Below are positions 26,153 through 37,410 of a stretch of DNA of 64,000 bases, piece after piece. The translations under genes were made by a program, and so were the position numbers. The notes under the pieces are model-generated. The model was not told the origin of the DNA and did no database searches. It was given only the letters and a program-made list of their open reading frames with translations. The number at the start of each line of letters is the position of its first letter. Within the stretch, counting starts at the first letter, position 1. Source of the DNA: Chiloscyllium plagiosum (taxonomy: Eukaryota); assembly GCF_004010195.1 (NCBI RefSeq), contig NC_057719.1, positions 6,720,846 through 6,784,845 on the forward strand. The letters run 5' to 3'.

Positions 26153-26734
26153 TTCTTCCTGTCAACCAAGACTACTAAAGCTCTAGTGCTGCACCTTCAC
26201 ACTGGAACTCTCTCCCTGTTCAGCTATTTCCGTTTTCCATTTTTGCAATTGCAGCTATAGTTTTCAGCAGTCTTCTGTAATTCATTGCAAATTCCTTTTA
26301 AGTTGGGTAGATTGCACCACACAGTTACTAGTGCACGAGGGAAAGCATTCACCATGCAGATACTCTGCCTAGTGCTGCAAGGGGGCACCAACTTTGCCCG
26401 AAACGTCGACTGTACTGCTCCCCGGATGCTACCTGACCTGCTGTGCTTTTCCATCATCACATTCCACCTAAATGGGCAGATCACAGTCCAGGAGTGATGT
26501 TTGTCAGCCATATTTCTCCTAATTTCTCCTGCTGCTGTGCTGACTTCCAAGGTCCATGTGCAAAGCACAAATCAATGTGTTGGTAAACCAACCCACACGC
26601 AGACCGTCCGAGTAGCTGTGTGCAGTCACACAGCTTAGAGAGAGCGTTATGTGTGAGTGCCTCTAAACAATTATCCAACGTAGACATGTAAATAGAAGCA
26701 CTGCATTTTTCATACTTTTTATTATTTATTAGAT

Positions 26735-27080
26735 GTGGCAACTCCAGCATTGGTTGACCATTTACCAGTTTTCTTTGAACTGAATCTTCATCATTTCAGT
26801 GGACAGTCAAGAGTCAGCCATGTTGCTGTGGGTCTGGAATCACGTGGGCCAGTTAGGGACGGCTGATTTCCTTCCCTTAAGGACATTCGTGAACCAGATG
26901 GGCTTTTACAATAATTAATGATAGTTTCAAGGCCCCATGTCTGAGACTAGCTTTATTTTCCAGATTTGTTTATCCACTGAATCCAAATTCCACAGCTGCT
27001 GTGGTGAGATTCCCACGTTCCCAAACCAATAGTTTGGGTCACTGGATTACTTATCCAGTGACATGACCACTGCCACCATC
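26735..27080 (-). mobile_element. tRNA-derived SINE (same family as 12930)
   Basis: Reverse-complement similarity, including GAACCAGATGGG and TGTTGCTGTGGGTCTGGA. Confidence 0.7.
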
Positions 27081-27342
27081 CCTCCCAGCTATTAAAGACT
27101 TCAAAATAGTCACTCCATCCTCCCACTAATTAGAGTTGTTGCCTTTTGCCTGGCAGGCGTGTGAGGGGATGCAGTTATAACGGGACATGCTAACATGCAC
27201 AGAAAGAAGGCTGGCAGCAGCTGGTTGCTTACCCCTATATAAAATCTGTCTTGGGCTCTTGTAGCGCGGTGTTGTGTCCTTATTCTGGGCTGGAAGGCTC
27301 AGGTTCCAGTCTCACCTGCTCCAGAGTTGTGTCATAACAAGT

Positions 27343-27665
27343 GGGCAGCACGTGGCACAGTGGTTAGCACTGCTGCCTCACTGCGCCAGAGACCAGGGTT
27401 CACTTCCCACCTCAGGTGACTGACTGTGTGGAATTTGCACATTCTCCCCATGTCTGTGTGGGTTTCCTCCGGGTGCTCCGGTTTCCTCCCACAGTCCAAA
27501 AATGTGCAGGTTATGTGAATTGGCCATGCTAAATTGCCCGTAGTGTTAGGTGAAGGGGTGAAATGTAAGGGAATAGGTCTGGGTGGGTTGCGCTTCGGCA
27601 GGTCGGTGTGGACTTGTTGGGCCGAAGGGCCTGTTTCCACACTGTAAGTAATCTAATCTAATCTA
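27343..27665 (+). mobile_element. HE1-type V-SINE
   Basis: A box TGGCACAGTGG, B-box-like GGTTCACTTCC, V-domain (TGCACATTCTCCCC...GGTTTCCTCCCACAGTCCAAA), CR1-like tail and (TAATC)n end. Confidence 0.9.
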
Positions 27666-27879
27666 AAGTCTGAACAAATTAGTTAAAAGTATCGATACCA
27701 TCCCTCCTGCCATGATCATGGACAGGAGATCAATTGCTGATGATTATTTAACCATCCCAAAACTCCTCCTGCCCCCAACTGTAGTTGAAAATTAATCCCT
27801 GTCAACTTTCAAGACAAACACAGACTAAGAAATTCAGAATAGGAGCAAGGTTGTTAGGAATAGAATGCAGATGTATAAA

Positions 27880-28545
27880 TTGTAAATGAGTGTCAAATCC
27901 CTGCTATCAACATCCTGGAGTTACCACTGACTAGAAAATCAGCTGGGCTCTCCATATAAAAAAACATTGTTACAAGAGCTGGTCAAAGGCTAGGAATATT
28001 ACGGCAAGTAACTCACCTCCTGATTCCTCAAAGTCAGTCCATCATCGATACTGTACAAGTCAGGAGTGTGAATGGCATTCTTCCCACCTACCTGGATGCA
28101 GCCCAACAACACTCAAGAAGTTTTACACCATCCAGGACAAAACAGCCATTTAATTGGCACCACATCCACAAGCAACCACTCTCTCCACCATCAACACTCA
28201 GTAGCAGCAGTGTAGGCCATCTACAAGATGCATTGCAGAAATGTATCCAAGATTTTTACGCAGCACCTTCCAAACCTATGACCACTTCCATTTGGAAAGA
28301 CAGATACATGGGAACTCCACCATTTTCAAGTACCCTTCCAAGCCACTCACTATCCTGACTTGAAAATATATCTCCATTCGTTCACTACCACTGGCTCAAT
28401 ATCCTGGAACTCCCTTTCTAATGGTATTGTGGATCTACCTGCAGCATATGGACTGCATCAGTTCAAGAAGGCAGCTCATCACCACCTTCTCAAAGGTAAA
28501 CTCGGATAGCCAGCTGTGCTCACATCCCATGAGAGAATGAAAAAC
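27880..28545 (+). mobile_element. L2-like LINE 3' fragment
   Basis: QVRSV..., TLKKFYTIQDK-like coding; 3' tail shared with the SINE family at 12930. Confidence 0.7.
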
Positions 28546-31500
28546 AAGTCAATTTTTATAGCACCTTTAACATCCCAAGGTGTTTCACAGGAGCGACGTC
28601 CAAACGAAATTTGACACTTGAGCCACGCAAAGATATATTAAGACGAGTGACCGAAGGCTTAGTCAAATAAGTAGAGTATAGGCATGTCCTAAAGAGTGAG
28701 AAGAGGGAAGGATATTTCTTATGACTTGCCTGTGCTCCAAATTCAAACCTCCTCCCCCTCTGGCTACTGCCAGGGAGCCAAACTTACCAGAAAGGTGCAA
28801 AGAACTCTAATGTTTCTAAAAATGAATGGAGCAGTTTCATAGCAAGAGACACACTACAAAATGATCCTGCAGATTTGCTCTGAAATCACCAGAATAGCAA
28901 GCTTGCTGTCTGGGAGCCTGCTTGATGAGGGAAAGCTCCATTAAATACCAATCAGTATCGGATTGTTTTGGCTCATTGTACTGCCAGTTGTTCCCCAAAC
29001 ACACAGAAAGACATTCAATGCTATGGGAATTTAATAGGTGTGTGCCAGAAGAAAATTCTTTTATTAACTCCTAATTTATCCCTACGTAGTGGTATAATCA
29101 ACCTTGTTGAATGTAAGCCCATGTTGTCTGCATATGCAGTTTCACCATGACAGGATCCTGCTGTGTAGTGCCCAATTTGTATTTGCCTTATATGATTTGT
29201 GTTGCCCATTTTCATTTTCCCAACCATGCCTGCCCCAACCTACTCTCTGATTCATAACAATGTTAAAGGAAACAGCTTCTGCATCTACAGTAACTTTCTG
29301 AAGCTCAAAATGTCTTTAAGTGCTTTTAGACAATTTGTAAAGTGTCTTCCCTGTTGCAAATGTGTGGAAGAATAGCAGCCAATTACCACACAGCAAGCTC
29401 TCACAAACAGCCAGAAGACAATGACCAATTTGCCTCTTATTTTTAGTGACAGTGGTTGAGAGATAAATATTGACCCCAATGCTGAGAAGATCTCTTCAAA
29501 ATGGTCCCACGGGATCTTTTGGATCCACCCGGGAGGGTTGATCAACTTAACTTTTCAACTGAAACCAGCACCTCTGACAGTGTGGTGACGCTCTCAGAAC
29601 CGCACTCAGTGTGTCAGTCGAAGCCTCTGTTCCATTCATCCATTTTTACTGCCTGGTAAAAGATGCTGTTTGGTCAGCCTGAAACTTGTTAGTCTTCCAG
29701 AACATGGCGTTGACCCTAACAAATGTTGCAGACTGGCACAATGCAAGGTCCAGGACTAAACCTGGGGCAGCTGGTGCCAAGGAGCAGTGGGGAAAGACCA
29801 CTATCTGAGAACCTTCTGCTGAATTGGGGTCTGTTCAGTTTTTGTACCCTGCTGGTGTCTCAAATACATGTAAGTAGAGTCTTGTACAAGTAAGAGATGC
29901 CTTTGCTTTGTTTAGACAGAGTCAAACTCTGATGATTGTTTCCTTGAAATGTTACTATACAGAGCCGAACTGCATTTGTGACTATATATATGATATATAG
30001 TTAAAAATCACACAACACCAGGTTATAGTCCAACAGGTTAATTGGAAGCACACTAGCTTTCGGAGCGACGCCGACATGACTAATATATAATATATATTTT
30101 TGAAATGTAAAAGCACTTCAGTATCTCCTGTGGTTGTGAAAGATCACACCAAGCAGTATGCTTAAACTGGGCCAAGATGGTTGAGGCTTCCAGCTATTCC
30201 CAGGTGAGTTGTGTCCAGGGTTCAGAAGGTTGAGAAAAATTGGAAGAGTATAGTGTTGTCTTTCATGCTTGTTGCGTACTTTGTCTGTGCCTGTGAATGT
30301 GACTAAATCCAGGCTAGAAATATTCCCAGATCATTGGCACTGAACAAAGAGAACAGATCCCCCATTCACTGCCTTCTGAACATTTTATTCCCCATTGCAC
30401 CCAAACATTACTCACACATCGGTCAGTCCCTGGCTTAAAGAACCCAGAGCAACCGAGTGAAGAACCACATCCTGCAGAGTGACAATTGAATCATAGGCTG
30501 ATGAGTGGAGCAATTTGCATAGATCTATAAACACAGTAACTGAATCACTTTAGACGCTGAGGCATTTTTTTGAAATAAAAAGTTTATTGCTGGACATAAC
30601 ACCCTCTCCGTCCAGTCTGTGTGCACGAGTTGAAGTGATATATCATTGGGCTGGCTTCCCCTGAGCCCCATAATACAAGGGGTTGGTAAAGCTCCCATTG
30701 GACACCTGCCCTTGGACTTATTGACACTGCTACATGCCCAAGTAAGTGGCAATTAAGGGTCTTAATCCGCTACCCAAAAATGCTAAGGAACAGGAGGTGA
30801 ACGGCCAAGACTGTTTTGTGAATTGTATCCTCGAGAAGATGCAGAGGGTGGACTGGATGACCTTTCCACTTGAGGGACTTGAATATGACCCGACGTGTTC
30901 TCGCTACCGGGGCTGATGTTTTTTCTGAACAATGATGGGGGTGAAGTGGTGCAAATGCCCTGGAATACGAAGCCTTCTTGTTGAACTCAGCGGCAGTCTT
31001 ATTGAAATCAATGAACAACAAAAAAAATTACATTTGTATCGTGCCTGTTGTGCAGGGAAAAATCCCAAAAGTGTCACATTTGCAATATCGTGAAACGTTT
31101 GGCAACATTGAGCCATGTGAGACAAATGATCAAAGGCATGGTCAAAGAGGAGCATCCGGAGACAGAGGAAAGAGCCAGAGAGGAGTTTGACAGGAAATTC
31201 TGTGGAGTGCAGTTTGAACCCAAAACTATCCGACTAAGAGTAACACTGGGAAAGCTCACTCTCTCGGGTGGGAGTGAGGGAATTGGTGTTGCTGCTGAGA
31301 GTGAGAGGTTGTGTTCAACCAACGTAGAAAGAGGAAGAATAGGCGACAAATGCAGTTATAGAGTCTTAGAGTCATAGAGATGTACAGCACAGAAACAGAT
31401 CCTTCGGTCCAACCTGTCCATGCCGACCAGATATCCCAACCCAATCTAGTCCCACCTGCCAGCACCCGGCCCATATCCCTCCAAACCCTTTTCTGGCAGC

Positions 31501-31599
31501 AAACAATCCAGGATGCGGGCTAATGCCTCTGGTATGGACGCTCCTGTAAAATCTGAGATCGTTCAGTCACCTTGATACTCAGAGAAATGCAATTGGGAC

Positions 31600-32110
31600 T
31601 TCTGAACATAACAACGAGGAGCAGGAGTAGGCCATCTGGCCCTTTGAGCCTTCTCCTCCATTCAGTAAGATCATGGCTGATCTTTTCTTGGCCTCAGTTC
31701 CACTTACCCGCCCTCTCACAATATCCATTGATTCCTTCATTATTCAAAAAAAAATCTATTTGAGCTTTAAAAGCATTCACTGAAGTAGAATCAACTACGT
31801 CACTGGGCAGGGAATTCCACAGATTCACAACCCTCTGGGTGAAGAAGTTCCTTCTCAATTCAGTCCTAAATCTGCTCCCCCTAATTTTGAGGCTATGCCC
31901 TCTTGTCCTAGTTTCACTTGCCAGTGGAAATATCCTCTCTACTTCCATCTTATCCATTCCCTTCATAATTTTATATGTTTCTATGAGATTCCCCCTTATT
32001 CTTTTGAATTCGAATGAATATAATCCCAGTCGACTCAGTCTCTCCTCATAAGCCAACCCCCTCAACTCCAGAATCAACCCGGTGAACCTCCTCTGCACCC
32101 CCTGTAGTGC
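31600..32110 (-). mobile_element. CR1 LINE 3' fragment
   Basis: ORF 31694-32167(-): QRRFTGLI...LGLYSFEF..RGNLIETYKI...FFTQRVVNLWNSLP. Confidence 0.9.
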
Positions 32111-32194
32111 CAGCAAGATTGAAAGGCACTGTATGAATGCATCTTCTTTCTTTCTCATCAGTGTCATTATAAGACTTCATCTGTCTTCCTGCAG

Positions 32195-32264
32195 GGAAGT
32201 GGATCGAGATTTGGATGGCCACGTCAGCTTCAAGGACTTTGAGATTGTCATGCGCCATGAATGA
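32195..32264 (+). CDS. EFCAB11: Terminal coding exon of EF-hand calcium-binding domain-containing protein 11
   Basis: Acceptor CTTCATCTGTCTTCCTGCAG|G ends at 32194 (phase 2). Translation R|EVDRDLDGHVSFKDFEIVMRHE* has a canonical EF-hand loop and closely matches the human EFCAB11 C-terminus as I recall it (REVDRDSDGHVSFRDFEY...). Confidence 0.88.
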
Positions 32265-32502
32265 CAATCTAATGAAGCCTGGAGTGAGGAAGGATGTTGC
32301 AGATCTTTCAGCCCCAAGGGCAACAACACTGCTCCCTCATGAATGGGGAGTGACCTGGGAGACAAAGCCATTGCTCAATCAGAAATGTCACCCAAATGCA
32401 GTTTATATATTTCATGTTCTCCCTCCAACTGCAGCAGTGATTCAATATTCAATGTGGTATTTGTGTACTTCCAGGAACATGTAGCTTTGTTACAATGAAT
32501 GC

Positions 32503-32508
32503 AATAAA
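32503..32508 (+). terminator. EFCAB11: Polyadenylation signal of the EFCAB11 transcript (3' UTR about 32265-32530)
   Basis: AATAAA about 240 nt after the stop, followed by GT-rich TGTTGTCTTGTATGTT. Confidence 0.7.
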
Positions 32509-32661
32509 CTTGTTGTCTTGTATGTTCAGCATCATATCTCGGTTCTAGTGGCAGATTCAAAGTGAATGGTTTAGTTCTCACACCATCTGCAGTCTCCTGA
32601 AAACATAGAAATAAGGAGTAGCATCTGGTCATTCAGCCTCCTGGGTCTGCTCTGTCATTCA

Positions 32662-34828
32662 TGGGCATACAGCACAGAAACAGACCCTTCGGTCCAACTT
32701 GCCCACACCGACCAGACATCCCATTCTGACCTAGTACCATTTGCCATAATTTGACCCATATCCCTCCAAACCCTTCCTATTCATTACTCATCAAAATGTC
32801 TTTTAAATGTTGTAATTGTGCCTGTTCCTACCACTTCTTTTGGCAGCTTGTTCCATACACGCATCACTGTCTGCATGAAAAAAATTACCCCTCAAGGCCT
32901 TTTTAAATCTTTCCCCTCTCACCTTAAACCCATGCTGTCTAGTTTTGGACTCCCCCACTCTCGGAAAAAGTTGTTGGCTATTCATCCTATCCATGCCCCA
33001 CATGATTTTATAAACCTCTATAAGGACCCCCTCAGCCTCCTACGCTCCAGGGAAAAAAGCCTTACCCTGTTCAGCCTCCCCCTCGTACTCAAACCCTCCA
33101 GTCCTGGCAACATCCTTGTAAATTTTTTCAGTTGACTCTTAAGTTTAACAAAATCTTTCCTATAGATGGATGACCAGAATTGTACACAATATTCTAAAAG
33201 TGGCCTTACCAATGTCCTGTACAGCCGCAGCACAACATCCCAACTTCTGCACTCAATGTTCTGATCAATGAAGGCTAGCATGCCAAATGCCTTCTCCACT
33301 CTCCTGCCGGCCTGCAAATCTAAAGGAACTATGCACCTGCACATTCAGGTTGGGCAACACTCCCCAGAGCCCTACCATTAAGTATATAAGTCCTGTCCTG
33401 GCTTGCCTTACCAAAATGCAACACCTCACATTTATCAACATTAAACTCCATCTGCCACTCCTCAACCCATTGGTCCATCTGATCAAGGTCTCATTGTACT
33501 CTGAGGTAACCTTCTTCGCTGTCCACTATACAACCTATACTGGTGTCATCTGCAAACTTACTAACCATACCTCCTAGATTCGCATCAAAATCATTTATAT
33601 AAATCATGAAACGCTGGTAACAGGCCTCCAGTCCAAAACAACCTTCTACCACCACCCTCTGTCTCCTACCTTCAAGCCAATTTTATATCCAATTGGCTAG
33701 CTGCCCCTGGATCTCATGTGTTCTAACCTTACTAACCAGTGTACTGTCAGAACCTTGTTGACAGCTTTGCTGAAGTCCATATAGACAATGTCTATCGCTG
33801 TCCTTTCATCAATCTTCTTTGCCACCTCTTCACGAAAGTCAACTAGTGAGACACAATTTCCCATGCACAAAACCATGTTGACTATCCCTAATCAATGCAC
33901 GTAAATCCTGTCCCTCAGAATTCCTCCAGCAAGTTACCCACCATGGTTCTTCCTTACAGCCTTTCTTAAATAATAGTACCACATTAGCTGACCTCCAGTC
34001 TTCCAGTACCTGTAGCTGTCAATGATACAAATATCTCAGCAAGAGGCCCAGCAATCTCTTTAGATTAGAGTGGTGCTGGAAAAACACAGCAGGTCAGGCA
34101 GCATCCGAGGAGCAAGAAAATCAACGTTTCGGGCAAAAGCCCTTCATCAGGAATCTCTTCCGTAGCTTCTTACAACGTTCTGGGAAATACCTGATCAGGT
34201 CCCAGGGATTTATTTATTTATATGTGTTTTCGGACTCCAGTACCTCCTTTTATCAAGACATCACTGTTTATTTCCCCAAGTTCCTAGTTTCCATGTCCTT
34301 ATCCACAGTAAATACTAACACAAAATATTTGTTTAGTATCTCATCCACTCCCGTGTTCAACACATAAAGGTGCCCTAGTTACTGTTTTGTCCTCACTTAT
34401 AGAATCTCTTTGGATTTCTTTAACTCTATTTGCCAAAGCTATCTCATGTCCACTTTTTGCACTTTGTCTTACATATACTCCGACGCTCGAGGGAGAATAG
34501 CCCCAGCCTCTCCCTTTAGTTAAACCCTCCAACCCTGGCAACATACTTTTAAATCTTTTCTGACCACTTTCAAATTTCACAACATCGTTCCTGTTGCAGA
34601 GAGACTGAAATTGCACACAGTATTCTGATAGTGGCCCAACCAATGTCCTATACAGCTGCAATATTTCCTCCCAACTCCTATACTCAATGCACTGACCAAT
34701 AAAGGCAACCATACCAAATGCCTTCCTCACTATCCTGTCTTCCTGAGACTCCACTTTCAAGGAACTATGAACCTGCACTCCAAGCTCTCTGTCCAGCAAC
34801 ACTCCCTAGGACCTTACCATTAAGTGTA
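32662..34828 (-). mobile_element. CR1 LINE fragments (RT through 3' end, plus a second piece at about 34490-34828)
   Basis: Minus ORFs 33018-33344 and 34341-34802 (LYRTLVRPLLEYCVQFWS). A nested PLE piece at about 34060-34154 has a minus-strand hammerhead at 34123-34150 and AATCTCTT on both sides. Confidence 0.9.
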
Positions 34829-35679
34829 GCCTGTGTGAAGTGCAAAAGTAATTTACAACATTATTTGAGCTGAGAGGTAGTAAAAGCAAAATGTAGGAGA
34901 TGTTTCATCTTATGGGGGAGCCAGAGCTGGAGCTTCATGTGTAAGATAGTCATGACTCAACCAAAGAAGGAAGTTGGGAGAAACTGTTCTATCTAGACAG
35001 TGCTGAGAATATTGTGTTCAGTACCATGTGGAGTGTTGAAGTGACCATTATTGATATATTTAACAGCAATCTAAATAAACACAGGGGAGAAAAAAAATAG
35101 AAGACCAAGCAGAGGGGAGTGAGATGGCTCATGTACAGAGACTGGTTGAGCTGAACAGCCTGTTCCTGAGCTTTAAACGCAATGAAAGTTTCCAGCAGAG
35201 TGCTGTTTATGTTCTGTGTGAGGCAGTATTTGGTCTATAGTGAATGAAATCAGTTTCAAAGAACAGAAGATTGGTAGTCATGTCAAGTTGAGTGTTTGTA
35301 ACAGAGTCTGAATATCGCACCGTGGACCAACTTTTGGCTACCTGTCCCAGGATTTGGTTATGTTGGCTTGGAGTCACATTTTCTCTGATAAAGTTCCTGC
35401 AAAGAACCTTCGAATGGTAACCTGGTTGATGCTTTTCAGGTAAATGTTCAAAATGAAACTCATTGAGAACAATCTATTCATTTTGCGAATGACAGTTCAT
35501 TCAAGTTAAACACAGAACTACTATAAAGAGGTTCAGCTGCATCTTAAAACTTAATCTGCTATGCATGGTGATGTTAGTACTACACATTATAGACTTAGAA
35601 GTATATAAATCCAGGTATTAATTATCATATTATTGTAACAGTACTCTGGAGAGATGGTGATTCATACTGGGAGAGTTGC

Positions 35680-36480
35680 TTGAAATTGTACCTGCAGTTT
35701 ATTTACGGCAAGTAATATTCAATTGGCTTTTATATTTGCTGGTGCAAATTTCAGATTTGCTTAATTAGTAATTGAATGATATTTTAACATCTGCAGTGGT
35801 ACTGTCATAGGCAGGACTCCACAGAAAACACTGGCCCATGAGCAAGCTGAGAAATTTGCGTGTGTGCAATGAATCAATGTAAATTACTTTGACTTCATTA
35901 TTTCTGAAATTCAGTGTGACAGCTGTCGTCTAATCTAAGTACATGTGTTGCATTTCATTACAGCCTCAGATGCTTAATAAAATAATCAATGCATTTGCTG
36001 TATTAAAATCTGCCCAGATCCACAGATAATGTAATTAAAATAATTTCCATCAATGACCCTGTGTAGTTAGAATGGGCCTGAAATATTCTTGTGCATGCAG
36101 GAAACAGTTCCAGGACTGGGGGCAATCATTCCTGAACTTTGGCACCAGCAGCGTACAGCAATGTTACATAGATTCAGATCATCTCTCAGAGGTTAATAAG
36201 CTTGTACAACTTTAATTGGACCATGCTAAATTCCACCCCAACCCTCCTTTAGTTGTTGCTTGGGTTCTGCCTGTGGGGAGCTGAGAAGAGTCGACAGCTG
36301 TCACAAAGTGATTATGCTATATTTGTACTTATTAACTCCACTGTCAATAAATATGTTACATTTATCATCAGCCGAATGATCAGAGGACAAGAGTTGACAC
36401 ACCTCACTGTCACCTCACTTGGAAAACTGAGTGAAGAATCTCATTAACACGGGAAAGCATTAACCAAGAGTAACAGCTAC
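35680..36480. promoter_or_regulatory. Candidate enhancer rich in TALE/homeodomain sites
   Basis: Unique AT-rich block with TGTGACAGCTGTCG at 35915-35928 and its exact reverse complement at 36292-36305, further TGACAG sites, and many TAAT cores. Confidence 0.5.
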
Positions 36481-36844
36481 AACTGAGATCATCGTTCTGC
36501 CTTGAATGGAGGGTATGGATAGGAGAGGCCTCCTTATCTTTGTTACTTCTTTAATATTAGGGCAAACCATCATTGACTACAGTTTGCAGGAGCCGATGGG
36601 AATGTAGAGTTTGGAGGTGTCTAATTTTCTTTTATTTCAACTGTGGTTTAAGCTTATTCCTATGCACAGTTTTTAAATTCTATTATTTCTTGATTTCTAA
36701 CTAAAATCAAGTAACAAGGTGGATCTTGCATTTATGTAGTGCCTTTTATAACCTGAGATTGTCTCAAGCCAACATATAACTATTGAAGTATATTAACCTT
36801 TGTGATATAGAGACATTTCTTAAAACTTCACTTCCTTCAATACT

Positions 36845-37410
36845 AACCCACAGTAGTATCTACATCCACAAGATGCACTGCACTAACTCATCAAGACTCC
36901 TTTGACAGCACCTTCCAAACTTTAGGCCTCTGTCTCCGAGAAGGACAGGGATAGCAGATGCACAGGAACACCACCATCTGCAAGTCACAAAAGCGTTATG
37001 ATGCAGAAGAGGGCCATTTAGCCCACTGGCTTTGCACCAACTCTCCAAATGAGCATTATGACCCCGTGCCTCCCACATTTTCCCAATACCCTTTCATGTT
37101 GTTTCTATTTTAAAAAATCTAATGCCCTCTTGAACGCATCGATTGAACCTGCCTCCACTACATTTCCAGTCAGTGCATTCCAGGCCCAACTACTTGTTTC
37201 TTCCAAGTTTCCCATATTCTGATTTGAAACAGTATCACCACTCCTTCACTGACACGAGGTCAAAATCCTGGAACTCCCTCTCTAACAAGCATTATTGAGT
37301 GCCTATATCACATGGACTGCACTGCTTTAAGAAAATAACCTGCCACCTCAGGGCAATCAGAATTGGCAATAATTTAGTCTTGCTAGCACCAACTGCACCC
37401 CATGAACAAT
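36845..37410 (+). mobile_element. L2-like 3' tail with nested CR1 tail (about 36985-37200, -)
   Basis: Similarity to 28200-28545. Confidence 0.65.

Noticed and set aside
27343..27420. tRNA gene (also at 51876, 12930, 8800)
   Set aside because: The A/B boxes belong to SINE heads that continue into V, Deu or other SINE bodies; no full cloverleaf.
32082..32194. N-terminal part of ORF 32082-32264 as coding
   Set aside because: It is CR1 end plus intron (polypyrimidine tract and AG); only 32195-32264 is exon.
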